DNA of 64,000 nucleotides from a virus: positions 18,501-82,500 of the IMG/VR virus record IMGVR_UViG_3300019124_000103; one strand, 5' to 3'. Of this stretch, positions 36,918-47,106 are shown piece by piece. The notes under the pieces were generated by a model, which was not told where the DNA came from, ran no database searches, and saw only the letters and a program-made list of their open reading frames with translations. Each line of letters starts with the position of its first letter. Within the stretch, counting starts at the first letter, position 1. A program made the translations under genes and the position numbers.

Positions 36918-37679
36918 GTGAGGGACTACGGCAAGGTTCATTCCCAGTTTTGGGCCAGCTCCACCATCGCCGCATTGAGCGATGACGGCAAGTTGTTGGC
37001 GCTCTATCTCATGACCTGCCAGCACAACACGATTGCTGGCGTCTTCCGTCTTCCTGATGGCTATGCCGCCGAGGATCTTGGCTGGTCGCCTGAAAGGGTT
37101 CGGGAAGGGTTTGCGGAACTGTCACGGAACGGTTTCGCTAACCGTTGCGAAACGACGAAATGGGTCTGGATCATCAAGCATCTGGACTGGAATCCGCCAG
37201 AGAACCCGAACCAGCGCAAGGCGGCCTTGAAGTGCTCCAGCCAAGTCCCCGAAAACTGTGATTGGAGGGCTCGTTTCCTAGGTGAGGCGACCCAAAAGCT
37301 GATCGACAGCGACTCCGCCGCGGCGAACCCTTCCGCAACCCTTCCGAAACCCTTGCCTAACCAGGAACAGGAACAGGAACAGAAACAGGATAAGAAGGCG
37401 CCTCGGGCTTTGCCCTCCGCACTCACCGTCGATGACCTCAAGGCCGAAGGCGTCAGCGAAGAGGCTGCATACGCCTTCCTGGCGATTCGGAAGCGAAAGA
37501 GGGCGCCGCTGTCCCAGCTCGCATGGGCGGGGATCAAGCGCGAAGCCGGAAAGGCAGGGTGGGGCCTTGATGCCGCTGTGCGGAAGGCAGCCGAGCGTGG
37601 GTGGCAATCCTTCGAGGCCGAGTGGGTTCGCAACGAGCCGCCAACGGACGGCGGCAGCAAGTGGGCGGGGGCGATATGA
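36918..37679 (+). CDS. Replication initiator (O-like)
   Basis: LSDDGKLLALYL wHTH-like N-terminus, QEQEQEQ linker, ERGWQSF C-terminus; internal iteron-like repeats. Confidence 0.8.
   Translation: MRDYGKVHSQFWASSTIAALSDDGKLLALYLMTCQHNTIAGVFRLPDGYAAEDLGWSPERVREGFAELSRNGFANRCETTKWVWIIKHLDWNPPENPNQRKAALKCSSQVPENCDWRARFLGEATQKLIDSDSAAANPSATLPKPLPNQEQEQEQKQDKKAPRALPSALTVDDLKAEGVSEEAAYAFLAIRKRKRAPLSQLAWAGIKREAGKAGWGLDAAVRKAAERGWQSFEAEWVRNEPPTDGGSKWAGAI
37090..37390. repeat. Iteron-like origin repeats inside the initiator gene
   Basis: AACCCTT(C/G)C repeated with 11-bp period at 37326-37362; inverted AAGGGTT copies at ~37094-37111; CAGGAA repeats follow. Confidence 0.6.
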
Positions 37680-38014
37680 AGGGCCACGAACCGTTGTTCG
37701 CCATGCGCCTGCAGGGCTGGGCTCCCAAGGACGTTCACATCGACACCAGCCCGTCGAAGCTCTGGCGCGAATGGCAGGTGTGGAGCCCGGATCACGCACA
37801 CCTCGTCGTGGAGCCGTCCGATTCGGTTCGCCTGCTTGACCTTCGCTGCGTTGTCGGCCTGCTGGTCTTCGTCAACGGCAGCAGCCATGAGCGAGTGGCC
37901 GAGGTGATCGAGGCGGCGAAGAAGGCCGGCGCTCGCCGAGTGGTCGGGTTTGTCCATCCCGGACGACTCCCCGAGGAAATCCAGATTCTCGACACCGAAG
38001 GGGCGCTGCAATGA
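37676..38014 (+). CDS. Hypothetical replication-module protein
   Basis: ATGA couplings on both sides; LDLRCVVGL motif. Confidence 0.65.
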   Translation: MKGHEPLFAMRLQGWAPKDVHIDTSPSKLWREWQVWSPDHAHLVVEPSDSVRLLDLRCVVGLLVFVNGSSHERVAEVIEAAKKAGARRVVGFVHPGRLPEEIQILDTEGALQ

Positions 38015-38964
38015 ACATCATCACCCCGGACACCATCGATTTCTCGCTGTACCTGCGGGAGACGGAAGCCGCGCAGAAGGTGCGCGCGGCGAGCGATTAC
38101 GTCCAAGACCTGATCGCATCCCTCGGAAAGAAGCGCCAGGAGCCACGCTCATACCTGCCCTGGGACAAGACCCACAAGCTGTTCCAGCTCCGACCAGGAG
38201 AGGTGACCTTGTGGGCGGGCGTCAACGGCCACGGCAAGAGCTTGGTGACGGGCCAGCTAGCAGCAAGCCTCGTGACCCAATCCGAGCGGGTGTGCATCGC
38301 CAGCTTCGAGATGAAGCCGAGGAAGACCCTGGAGCGGATGGTGCGCCAGTGGGGCGGGGATGCCCCTGAGGAGGAATGGGACGGCGCAGACCTGTCGGGT
38401 TACCGGGACGTTTACGAGCAGTTCGGCGCCTGGACGACTGACAAGCTCTGGCTCTATGACCAACAGGGCACGGTCAACACCGACACGGTGATTGCGGTCA
38501 TCCGCTACTGCGCGAAAGAACTCGGCATCAAGCACTTCTTCCTCGATAGCTTGATGAAGTGCGTGAAGGGCGAGGACGACTACAACGGGCAGAAAGCCCT
38601 GGTCGATGAGTTGACCGCCATCGCTCGGGACTACGCGATGCACGTCCATCTGATCCATCACCTGCGGAAGCTGGAGACGGAAGGAAAGATGCCCGACAAG
38701 TCCGACATCAAGGGGACCGGGGCAATCACCGATCAGGTGGACAACGTGATGTTGGTGTGGCGGAACAAGCAGAAAGAGCTTGAGCTTCAAAAGACCAACA
38801 ACAAGGTTCAGGACACGGAGCCCGACGCGGCGCTTCTGTGCCGGAAACAGCGCAACGGCGAGTGGGAAGGGACCGTGCAACTGTGGTTCCACAAGGGCTC
38901 TCAGCAGTTCGTGGAGAGCCCGCACGCCGATTCCATGACCCTCTACAACTGGCCGCACAGGTGA
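38011..38964 (+). CDS. DnaB/T7-gp4-like SF4 helicase
   Basis: Walker A GVNGHGKS, SFEM, LDSL, HHLRK, DIKGTGAI, KQRNG. Confidence 0.9.
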   Translation: MNIITPDTIDFSLYLRETEAAQKVRAASDYVQDLIASLGKKRQEPRSYLPWDKTHKLFQLRPGEVTLWAGVNGHGKSLVTGQLAASLVTQSERVCIASFEMKPRKTLERMVRQWGGDAPEEEWDGADLSGYRDVYEQFGAWTTDKLWLYDQQGTVNTDTVIAVIRYCAKELGIKHFFLDSLMKCVKGEDDYNGQKALVDELTAIARDYAMHVHLIHHLRKLETEGKMPDKSDIKGTGAITDQVDNVMLVWRNKQKELELQKTNNKVQDTEPDAALLCRKQRNGEWEGTVQLWFHKGSQQFVESPHADSMTLYNWPHR

Positions 38965-38968
38965 GCGC

Positions 38969-39712
38969 ATGAAGAAATCCGGTCTTTGGGATGCTGTCTT
39001 AGCTGGGGCTGCCCGGCCTGAAGGGATTGGCCAATATGAGTTGCTGGACTTCGGTCTGCGCAAGGTGGCCGATGCGTTCTACCGACTGAAGAGGCTTAAA
39101 AAAATCTTCAAGGTAGGGGTTCGCAAGGACACCCGGGCATTCATCCGCCAAGAGGACGCGGATGCTTATCGGGAGAAGCTGAAGGCCCGCTACCTGGAGC
39201 GCAAGCGCAATTGGGACCGCAACCACCGCAAGCCGTACCAGCGTGTTCCCCGTGTCACCCAAGGGGAGCGCATCCTCGCCGCGGCTTCTCAGCAGGGTGG
39301 ATGTAGCCCGTATGACTTCCCGGACCTGACGGCCGCGCAAGTCCGGGACTCGGCACGTCACCTGGCAGAAGCGGGAAAGCTCTACGTCGCCGGGAATCGA
39401 CAACTGCGCCGCTTCTTCGCTGACCCGGCCGAAGCGATGGTCTACGAGGCGAGCATTCCGAAGCTCAAGAAGGAAAAGAAGCGCGAGAACAACCGCAAGC
39501 GGGCCAAGGTCGTGCGGCAGAAGGTCGCTAAGGCGCCGAAGTCACCAAAACCGCCGAAGCCGCCAGCAGTCCGTGCGGTCCACATCCCGAAGTATGTCGG
39601 CCCGAAGTGGGAAGACGACGCCCCGGCGATCATCCCCGACCACGTCAAGGTGCAGGTGATCCCGAGCCCCCCGGCGTTTGGGTTGGCTGCGAAGTACGGG
39701 ATTCGGACATGA
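38969..39712 (+). CDS. Basic hypothetical protein with duplicated wHTH-like units
   Basis: Two similar segments (AVLAGAARPEG / RILAAASQQGG); ends IIPDHVKVQVIP. Confidence 0.6.
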   Translation: MKKSGLWDAVLAGAARPEGIGQYELLDFGLRKVADAFYRLKRLKKIFKVGVRKDTRAFIRQEDADAYREKLKARYLERKRNWDRNHRKPYQRVPRVTQGERILAAASQQGGCSPYDFPDLTAAQVRDSARHLAEAGKLYVAGNRQLRRFFADPAEAMVYEASIPKLKKEKKRENNRKRAKVVRQKVAKAPKSPKPPKPPAVRAVHIPKYVGPKWEDDAPAIIPDHVKVQVIPSPPAFGLAAKYGIRT

Positions 39713-39803
39713 GCCGCTTCATGAAAACCGTCATGTGGTGCCTGTTCGTCTGGGGCGTTCTCGCCTGGGCGGTGATTGAGGCGGTGGAACTCGTGGTGAT
39801 CGC

Positions 39804-40049
39804 ATGACCATTTGCGACGCCTGCCACGAATCAGAGGTTCACGGCCGCCCCATCGCTCCATCCCTGGCCTGTGCTGAGTGCATGTGCAGAAACCTCGCTC
39901 ACAGGTGGGCAGAAGGGAAGGTAGACGCAAAGCACGTAGAGCTGGCGTGCCAGGGGCTGTACGGAGCCAAGTGGGAAGAAGCACACAAGGCGGTGAAGGT
40001 GATGTATCGGCGGATTAAGGAGCGGCATGCGTCGCGCGGCGAGGGTTGA
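39804..40049 (+). CDS. Small Cys4 protein
   Basis: CDAC...CAEC. Confidence 0.55.
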   Translation: MTICDACHESEVHGRPIAPSLACAECMCRNLAHRWAEGKVDAKHVELACQGLYGAKWEEAHKAVKVMYRRIKERHASRGEG

Positions 40050-40320
40050 CGCCAATCACTCGCTCATCGTCGGAGCGCTGATCCGATGCGGGGCGACGGT
40101 GCAGAGCCTGGCGGCGGTGGGGAGTGGCTGCCCCGATCTTCTGGTTGGCTTCCGTGGGAAGAACTTCGCATTCGAGATCAAGGACGGCTCCAAACCCCCA
40201 GGCGCTCGAAAGCTCACCCCGGATCAAGAGACGTGGCACGCGGCCTGGAAGGGCCAAGTGATCGTAGTGGAGTCGGTAGAGCAGGCGCTCGCCGCAATCG
40301 TGGAGACGAAGGATGAGTGA
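40027..40320 (+). CDS. VRR-NUC-like nuclease
   Basis: RVDANH...GCPDLLVG...FEIKDG...LTPDQ. Confidence 0.8.
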   Translation: MRRAARVDANHSLIVGALIRCGATVQSLAAVGSGCPDLLVGFRGKNFAFEIKDGSKPPGARKLTPDQETWHAAWKGQVIVVESVEQALAAIVETKDE

Positions 40321-40639
40321 GATTCAGTTCCCCGAGATTTCCTCCGAAGAACTCCCGATTCAAGGAGGTCCGCTCAAAGGTGCGGCCGGCTGGGGGCCGA
40401 CGATCCAAACCGCGGTTGTCATGCCGGCGCTCGATCGCCAGATCGGAGGCGGGCATTACAAGGACCGCGCCATCCAGCCAATCGAGTACATCCACGCCAA
40501 CGGTTTGCCGTTTATCGAGGGGAGTGTGGTGAAGTACATCACCCGCTGGCGAGACAAAGGCGGGGTGCAAGACCTGGAGAAGATCAAGCACTACGTGGAT
40601 CTGCTGATCGAGCTGGAGCGGCGGAAGGGGAAGGCGTAA
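40313..40639 (+). CDS. DUF3310 family protein
   Basis: QIGGGHYK...IQPIEYI...KYITRWRDKGGVQDLEK. Confidence 0.85.
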   Translation: MSEIQFPEISSEELPIQGGPLKGAAGWGPTIQTAVVMPALDRQIGGGHYKDRAIQPIEYIHANGLPFIEGSVVKYITRWRDKGGVQDLEKIKHYVDLLIELERRKGKA

Positions 40640-41064
40640 TGGGCCGCCCCGCGAAGCTGGAGCCCCGGTGGCTGGTTGGGCTGTTGAACCAGTGGGCTCT
40701 GCGGGACGACCGCAACCGCTCGCGGGGGATCGGCTACTACTCGGTGAATCCGATGCTCAAAGACGGCATTCCCGGCCGAGCCAGGAGCTTTGAGCCGACC
40801 GGATTCTGTGAACAGGACTTCACCGACGCCGAGAAAGCCATTGAGGCGCTGGAGCAAAACCACCGATTAGCCGTCGTCCGCTACTTCAAGCCGTGGGCGA
40901 AACACGCCATCGATGGGGAGGTGTCGAGGTCGGATGACACCTGGCTGAGGTGGCTGAAAGAGGCGCTGGCGATCATCGAGGCGGACATGGATCGAAAAAA
41001 AGTGCGCCAAGTGCTTGACACCTACCAGGACGTGCGGTTATTCTGCGCAAATCTGGCAGACTGA
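40639..41064 (+). CDS. Antiterminator Q-like late regulator
   Basis: LLNQWA N-terminus and C-terminal HTH-like region; last early gene before late promoter. Confidence 0.55.
   Translation: MGRPAKLEPRWLVGLLNQWALRDDRNRSRGIGYYSVNPMLKDGIPGRARSFEPTGFCEQDFTDAEKAIEALEQNHRLAVVRYFKPWAKHAIDGEVSRSDDTWLRWLKEALAIIEADMDRKKVRQVLDTYQDVRLFCANLAD
41015..41044 (+). promoter_or_regulatory. Late promoter candidate (pR'-like)
   Basis: TTGACA-18 bp-TATTCT followed by a terminator hairpin. Confidence 0.55.
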
Positions 41065-41079
41065 CCCCTGCCACCTCGA

Positions 41080-41116
41080 AAAAGGCCCCTCGTTCTCACG
41101 GACGCAGGGGCTTTTC
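41080..41116 (+). terminator. tR'-like terminator
   Basis: AAAGGCCCCT...AGGGGCTTTT. Confidence 0.55.
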
Positions 41117-41263
41117 TCATTTGGGCTCACGCCCAGCCGAATGCCCGGGCCTGATCGCACTGCGTTTCAGACGTACCTTGATCAAGTGGCCGCTTCATGG
41201 CCCGGGCGCCTATCCGCGCACTAGCGCATCTACGGGCGAACAAGCTCCGCCGCCGGGGGCAAT

Positions 41264-41539
41264 ATGGGACGACCAATCGGAAAACTCCACCAGGAGGACG
41301 TGCGCCGCAAGATCCAGGTGAGTCAACTCCTGAATGTCTTGCAGGATCATGCACTTAGCGGCGAACACGACCTGAGCCCGACGCGCATGAAGGCAATCGA
41401 GATCCTTCTGCGTAAGAGCCTGCCTGATCTGACCGCCATCACGATCAGCGGCGACCCGGACAACCCGCTTGAGGTGGTGGGGTTGAGCAAAGAACAGAGA
41501 GATGCGGCAGTCCGCGCAGCTCAACGCGCCGACTCCTGA
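41264..41539 (+). CDS. terS: Terminase small subunit
   Basis: KIQVSQLLNVL...AIEILLRKSLPDL...GDPDNPL; directly upstream of terL. Confidence 0.75.
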   Translation: MGRPIGKLHQEDVRRKIQVSQLLNVLQDHALSGEHDLSPTRMKAIEILLRKSLPDLTAITISGDPDNPLEVVGLSKEQRDAAVRAAQRADS

Positions 41540-42950
41540 AGACTTCGCCTTTTCCAGGCTGATCGCCTATGCGGCGTATCAGTGGCCCGGCTACAAAGAC
41601 GCAGCGCATCACAGGCTGATTGCCAGGGCGCTGGAAAGGGTAGAGCGGGGAGAGACGAAGCGGCTGATGATCTTCATGCCGCCACGTCACGGGAAGTCGA
41701 TGCTCTCGAGCGAGTTCTTCCCAGCGTGGTACCTGGGGAGGAACCCGGATCACTACGTGATCGCCTCGACCTACGCGCAGGAGCTGGCTGACGACTTCGG
41801 GCGCAAGGTCAAGCTCCAAATTGCTGACCCGTCTTACTCGGCGATCTTTCCCGGCGTGAAGCTGGCTGACGACAGCCAGAGCGTCAAGCGCTTCCACGTC
41901 GAGGGCGGCCTTGAAGTAGGAACGGCCCAGCGTGGCGCCTACTACGCGGTTGGCGTGGGCGGGCCGTTGACGGGGCGGGGCGCCCACCTGCTGTTGATCG
42001 ATGACCCGGTGAAGAACCGGGAAGAGGCGGACAGCGAGATCGTCCGGCGTCGCATCAAAGACTGGTACACCTCAACGGCCTACACCCGCCTGATGCCTGG
42101 CGCTCGGGTGGTGGTGATTCAGACCCGCTGGCACGAGGACGACCTTTCGGGCTGGCTGCTGAAAGAGCACGCGCACGAAGGCTGGGAGGTGCTGGAGCTT
42201 CCGGCGCTAGACGGTGAGAAGCCGCTATGGCCCGAGCAGTACAGCCGGGAGGCGCTGGAGCGAATTCGGCTCGCGGTTGGTTCGCGTGATTGGTCCGCGC
42301 TGTATCAGCAGAGGCCGACACCAGAGAGCGGCGACTACTTCAAGAAGGAATGGTTCCGCTACTACGAGACGTTGCCGCAGCACGTCACGTACTACGGGGC
42401 GAGTGACTACGCGATCACGGCCAAGGGCGGGGATTACACCGTCCACGGCATTGGGGCGGTTGACAACGCCGGGAACCTCTACATCACTGACTGGTGGCGA
42501 CACCAGACCAGCTCGGACGTGTGGGTCGAGGTGTTCCTCGATCTGGTGAAGAAGTGGAACCCGCTCACCTGGGGCGAAGAACAGGGCCAGATCATCAAGA
42601 GCCTTGACCCGTTCATTCGGCGAAGGATGGATGAGCGGCAGACCTACTGCGCGCGGGAGCAGTTCACCAGCCTCACGGACAAAGCCAGTCGAGCCCAAAG
42701 CATCCGGGCTCGTATGGCAATGGGGAAGGTGTTCTTCCCGAAGAACGCGCCTTGGCTGGCGGATCTGGAATCCGAGCTGCTGACCTTCCCGGTCGGGGCG
42801 AACGATGACCAAGTGGACGTTTTGGGCCTGTTTGGCCGGATGTTGGATCAGTTGATCGGTGCGGAAGCGCCGGAAGTACAGAAACCCCGGGATCGGTGGG
42901 ATCGCGCATTCGGCGATGCCGAAGAGGACGACACATGGCGTACAGCGTAG
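41502..42950 (+). CDS. terL: Terminase large subunit, unit 2
   Basis: MPPRHGKS, LTGRGAHLLLIDDPVK, QTRWHEDDL, LYQQRP, DDQVD. Confidence 0.95.
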   Translation: MRQSAQLNAPTPEDFAFSRLIAYAAYQWPGYKDAAHHRLIARALERVERGETKRLMIFMPPRHGKSMLSSEFFPAWYLGRNPDHYVIASTYAQELADDFGRKVKLQIADPSYSAIFPGVKLADDSQSVKRFHVEGGLEVGTAQRGAYYAVGVGGPLTGRGAHLLLIDDPVKNREEADSEIVRRRIKDWYTSTAYTRLMPGARVVVIQTRWHEDDLSGWLLKEHAHEGWEVLELPALDGEKPLWPEQYSREALERIRLAVGSRDWSALYQQRPTPESGDYFKKEWFRYYETLPQHVTYYGASDYAITAKGGDYTVHGIGAVDNAGNLYITDWWRHQTSSDVWVEVFLDLVKKWNPLTWGEEQGQIIKSLDPFIRRRMDERQTYCAREQFTSLTDKASRAQSIRARMAMGKVFFPKNAPWLADLESELLTFPVGANDDQVDVLGLFGRMLDQLIGAEAPEVQKPRDRWDRAFGDAEEDDTWRTA

Positions 42951-44785
42951 ACAAGACACAGGACGAGGGGTTGACCCGGCTCGTCCAGTGGTACGAGTCC
43001 GCCGAGGAACTGACTCGGGAAGCCCGCCAAGACGCCGAGACGTGCCGCGACTACGTTGACGGCAAGCAGTGGACCGACGCCGAGATCGAGGCGCTGAAGA
43101 AGCGCAAACAGCCCATCATCACGATCAACCGCATGAAGCGGAAGATCGACTTCTTGAAGGGTGTCGAGAAGCGCCAGAGAACCGACCCGAAAGCACTCCC
43201 AAGGAACCCGAGCGACGAGAAGACCGCTGAAGCGGCGACCGATGCCCTTCGTTTCGTCTGCGAGGACAGCGACTTTGATCGGGTCCGCTCCGAAGCCTGG
43301 GACAACCTGCTTGTAGAGGGATTGTGTGCGGCTGAGATCCTGGTAGAGAAGGGCAAGAACCACCCAAAGATCCGTGTCGAGTTCCTGCCGTTTGATCGCA
43401 TCTTCTTCGATCCTCACAGCCGCTTTGACGACTTCCGGGATGCCAAGTACTTGGGCGTTGTCGTGTGGATGGACCTGGAGGACGCAAAGCAGCGCTATCC
43501 GGGCAAAGAGGACGTCCTGACGAGCTGCCTCGGTACCTCAACCCCAACAAGCGAGACCTACGAGGACCGCCCGCGGATGATGTGGGCCGACTCCAAGCGC
43601 AAGCGCGTCCGTGTCGCCCAAGTCTGCTACCGGGAAAACGGCGTGTGGATGCGCGCCACGTTCACGCGCACGGGATATCTACGCGATCCCGAACAATCGT
43701 GGCTGACCGACGAAGACGGCAACCCGGATTGCCCGATGGTGTTCCAGTCCGCTTACGTGGACCGCGAGAACAACCGCTATGGTCTCGCCAAGGAGATGAT
43801 TTCCCCCCAAGACGAGATCAACAAGCGCCGCTCCAAGATGCTCCATCTGCTGAATGTGCGGCAGACGTTGAGCGACAAGGGCGCCTTCGCTGATGCAGGC
43901 GGGGTGACGAAGGCCAAGACCGAGCTTTCAAAGCCGGATGGACACATCGAAGTCGCCCCAGGGAAGCGGTTTGAAGTTCTCCCAACGGGGGACATGGCTC
44001 GTGGACAGTTTGAACTGCTCCAGGAGGCCAAAGCCGAAATGGACCTTCTGGGTCCGAACGCGGCAATGCAGGGCAAACAGGGGGGTGACCCCTCAGGTCG
44101 AGCGATCCAACTCCAGCAGCAAGGCGGCTACGTCGAGATTGAGCCGCTTGTGGATGCTTTGCGGTTCTGGCAAAAGCGGATCTATCGCAAGCTGTGGATG
44201 TGCGTTCGGCAGTTCTGGACCAATGAAGTCTGGGTTCGGGTTACTGACAGCGACGAAAAGCTCAAGTGGGTCGGTTTGAATGTGCCTATCACGGTGGCCG
44301 ATCAGCTCCAGAGTGAGGGGATCGAGATTCCTCCTGAGGCGATGGGCGATCCGCGGCTGCAACAGGTGGTGGGCACTCATAACCCCATCGTTGAACTCGA
44401 CGTGGACATCATCATCGATGAAGGGCCGGACCTCGCAACCCTCCAAAGCGAGCAGTTCGAGACCGTGATGAACGCGGTTCAAGCCTCCGGGCAGCCGATC
44501 CCGCTGCCGGTGATGCTCAAGCTGATGCCGAACCTGCGTGACCGCGACAAGATCATTGAAATGGTCCAAGGCGGTGGTCAGCAAATGGACCCGCGCATGG
44601 CTCAGATGGGTCAACAGCTCGAACAGTTGGGTCAAGAGAACCAGCAACTGAAGGCAGACAAGAGCCTAGAAGCCCAAAAGATGCAGATCGAGGGCTTCAA
44701 GGCCGAAACAGACCGCTTGAACGTCGAGGCGGATGCCTTCTTTAACCAGATGCGTGCCCAACAGCCGCCGATGGTCTCGATCTAA
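42935..44785 (+). CDS. Portal protein (P22-like), unit 2
   Basis: DGKQW...PIITIN, PQDEINKRRS and SGRAI motifs. Confidence 0.88.
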   Translation: MAYSVDKTQDEGLTRLVQWYESAEELTREARQDAETCRDYVDGKQWTDAEIEALKKRKQPIITINRMKRKIDFLKGVEKRQRTDPKALPRNPSDEKTAEAATDALRFVCEDSDFDRVRSEAWDNLLVEGLCAAEILVEKGKNHPKIRVEFLPFDRIFFDPHSRFDDFRDAKYLGVVVWMDLEDAKQRYPGKEDVLTSCLGTSTPTSETYEDRPRMMWADSKRKRVRVAQVCYRENGVWMRATFTRTGYLRDPEQSWLTDEDGNPDCPMVFQSAYVDRENNRYGLAKEMISPQDEINKRRSKMLHLLNVRQTLSDKGAFADAGGVTKAKTELSKPDGHIEVAPGKRFEVLPTGDMARGQFELLQEAKAEMDLLGPNAAMQGKQGGDPSGRAIQLQQQGGYVEIEPLVDALRFWQKRIYRKLWMCVRQFWTNEVWVRVTDSDEKLKWVGLNVPITVADQLQSEGIEIPPEAMGDPRLQQVVGTHNPIVELDVDIIIDEGPDLATLQSEQFETVMNAVQASGQPIPLPVMLKLMPNLRDRDKIIEMVQGGGQQMDPRMAQMGQQLEQLGQENQQLKADKSLEAQKMQIEGFKAETDRLNVEADAFFNQMRAQQPPMVSI

Positions 44786-44800
44786 ACCGCTTTCCTCAAC

Positions 44801-44834
44801 AAGACCCGCCCAGGGAAACCTCGGCGGGTTTCTT
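44801..44834 (+). terminator. Terminator-like hairpin
   Basis: ACCCGCC...GGCGGGT followed by TTCTT. Confidence 0.55.
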
Positions 44835-44897
44835 CATGCCGTCGCCGGGCTTTCGGGCGAGACGTGACGCCGACGAATCGGGCGATTTTGGGAATGT

Positions 44898-45608
44898 ATG
44901 GACCAGCTTGAAGGATTTCTTGGGAGCGAACCTGTTGTTCATGAGCAAGTGCAGGCAGAAGTGCCGGCCGAGCCAGTTCATCAGGAAGCACAGGGCGTAA
45001 TTGCGGAGCCGCCAGCCGCGCAAGAGACCGTAGCCCCTCAGACCCACGCCGAACAGGAGCCCCCTCAAGGGCATGTCCCTGTCAAGGCAGTGCTTGAAGA
45101 GCGCCGTAAGCGCCAAGAGCTAGAGCATCAGCTCGCGCAGATGCGGGCGCAGTTCTCACAACAGCCACAACAGGCCGTTCAGCCTCCCCCGGAGGTTGCG
45201 CACCAGGCGGTGATGAACATGGCCCTCAATACCGCGGAGTACGTCCTTCGGACCCAGTTCCAGGACTACGACGACGTGCGCGACTTCTTCATTTCACAAG
45301 CGGAACAAAACCCGTACCTGATCGGCCAGCTTCGGCAGTCAGGCAACCCGGCTTTGTTCGCCTACGAGATGGGGAAAAAGCTCAAAGCGATGGAAGAGAT
45401 CGGAGACCCGAAGAGCTACGAACAGCGCATTCGAGAGAAGGTTCTCGCGGAGCTTCAGGCACAGCAACAGGAACAGGTCAAAGAGGCGCGTCTTGCATCG
45501 GCTTCCGACTCGCTGGCGAGTGCCCGCGCTGTCGGCGGTCAAACGCCGCCCACATACGCAGGCCCGCCGTCTCTCGATGAGATCTTGGCCTCGAAACGAC
45601 GCAAGTAA
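44898..45608 (+). CDS. Scaffolding protein, unit 2
   Basis: VPVKAVLEERRKRQ, NPALFAYEMG; upstream of capsid gene. Confidence 0.8.
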   Translation: MDQLEGFLGSEPVVHEQVQAEVPAEPVHQEAQGVIAEPPAAQETVAPQTHAEQEPPQGHVPVKAVLEERRKRQELEHQLAQMRAQFSQQPQQAVQPPPEVAHQAVMNMALNTAEYVLRTQFQDYDDVRDFFISQAEQNPYLIGQLRQSGNPALFAYEMGKKLKAMEEIGDPKSYEQRIREKVLAELQAQQQEQVKEARLASASDSLASARAVGGQTPPTYAGPPSLDEILASKRRK

Positions 45609-45628
45609 GAGGCCCGAAAGGGTAAGAA

Positions 45629-46693
45629 ATGGCACTGTCTACTGTCTCCACCGCTAACCGTGTAAAGCAGTGGGATTCCGAGTTCTTCGCTGAATACGTC
45701 CGCCAGAACCGCTTCTCGCGGTACATGGGCACGGATGAGAACGCGATCATTCAGATCAAGGAGAACCTGACCAAGCAAAAGGGCGACACGATCAACATTC
45801 CGTTGGTCGCCAAGCTCACCGGCGCTGGCGTTACCGGCAACGGCCTGTTGGAGGGCAACGAAGAAGCCCTGGCGAACCACAACTTCCCCATCGTTGTGGA
45901 CACCCTGCGTCACGCGGTCGCGATCACCGACCACGAAGAGCAGATGACAGAGATCGACATGCGCGGCGCCTCCAAGGCAATGCTCAAGTCGTGGGCGATG
46001 GAGAAGCTGCGTACCGACATCATCACTGGCCTCGGCCAGATCTATGACGCCGGCACGGGCAACTTCGTGACCTACGGTTCGGCTTCTGCTGCCCAGAAGA
46101 ACGCTTGGAACGCCAACAACAGCGACCGCGTTCTGTTCGGCACCCTGCGGTCGAATTACAACTCCACGCATGCCACCGCTCTGGCGACCGTGGCAGCGGC
46201 CCAGAAGCTCTCCGCTCCTGTGGTGTCGCTGATGAAGCGCATCGCCAAGACCGCCACCCCCATCATCCGCCCGTACATGGTGGAGGACGAGGAAGAGTGG
46301 TACGTGATGTTCGCCAACTCGCTGGCCTTCCGCGACCTGAAGGAAAACCTGACGACGTTGCATCGCGATGCAATGGAGCGCGGCAAGTCGAACCCGCTCT
46401 TCCGGGATGGCGATCTGGTCTATGACGGCGTGATCGTGCGTGAGATCCCCGAGATGGGCGTTCTCAATGGTGTCGGCAACGCTGGCGCCAACGTGAGCCC
46501 GGTCTACCTGTGTGGCGCTCAGGCTCTGGGCGTTGCCTGGGCCAAGCGCACCAAGAGCACCACGGATACCCGCGACTACGGCTTTGTCCACGGTGTGGGC
46601 ATCGCCGAAATGCGCGGCGTGCGCAAGTGCGTGTTCAACAACAAGGACCACGGGGTTGTTACCGGCTTTGTGGCGACCGCGGCTGACGCCTAA
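45629..46693 (+). CDS. Major capsid protein (N4-gp56/DUF4043-like), unit 2
   Basis: KGDTINIPL...LEGNEE, NPLF, LCGAQAL, DYG and KDHGVV motifs. Confidence 0.88.
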   Translation: MALSTVSTANRVKQWDSEFFAEYVRQNRFSRYMGTDENAIIQIKENLTKQKGDTINIPLVAKLTGAGVTGNGLLEGNEEALANHNFPIVVDTLRHAVAITDHEEQMTEIDMRGASKAMLKSWAMEKLRTDIITGLGQIYDAGTGNFVTYGSASAAQKNAWNANNSDRVLFGTLRSNYNSTHATALATVAAAQKLSAPVVSLMKRIAKTATPIIRPYMVEDEEEWYVMFANSLAFRDLKENLTTLHRDAMERGKSNPLFRDGDLVYDGVIVREIPEMGVLNGVGNAGANVSPVYLCGAQALGVAWAKRTKSTTDTRDYGFVHGVGIAEMRGVRKCVFNNKDHGVVTGFVATAADA

Positions 46694-46702
46694 GGCGTAA
46701 CC

Positions 46703-46736
46703 GAAGGGGCGGGGCTAACAACCTCGCCCCTTTCTT
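46703..46736 (+). terminator. Terminator after capsid gene
   Basis: AAGGGGCG...CGCCCCTT followed by TCTT. Confidence 0.7.
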
Positions 46737-46737
46737 C

Positions 46738-47097
46738 ATGGCAACGATTACCAAGCGAGACCTCGCAAAGCGGGCGCTCGGCCGCGTGGGCGTGCTCGAC
46801 CCTGTTGAAGAGCCATCTGCTGAGGACTACGCGCTTGCGTTTTCGTTCGTCCAAGCAGTTTTCTCTGAGCTGGCCGGGTTGACGCTTGTCGTTCCGGTCA
46901 CGGCGGGTGGGGATGAGCACGGGGACACGCTCGATGTCCGCTACATGGCCCCTTTGCGCGATCTGGTTGCTTTCCACATCGCGCCTGACTTTGCAAAGCC
47001 GCAGGACCTCGCCCAGAAAGAAATGGCGATGAGCGCGCTGCGGTCCCAACTAGAAACGGCTCACGACTTTGAGCCGGTGCAGTTCACCGACTACTGA
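46738..47097 (+). CDS. Head-tail connector (P22 gp4-like position)
   Basis: LAKRALGRVGV...PSAED; follows capsid gene. Confidence 0.6.
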   Translation: MATITKRDLAKRALGRVGVLDPVEEPSAEDYALAFSFVQAVFSELAGLTLVVPVTAGGDEHGDTLDVRYMAPLRDLVAFHIAPDFAKPQDLAQKEMAMSALRSQLETAHDFEPVQFTDY

Positions 47098-47106
47098 GGC
47101 CGAAAC

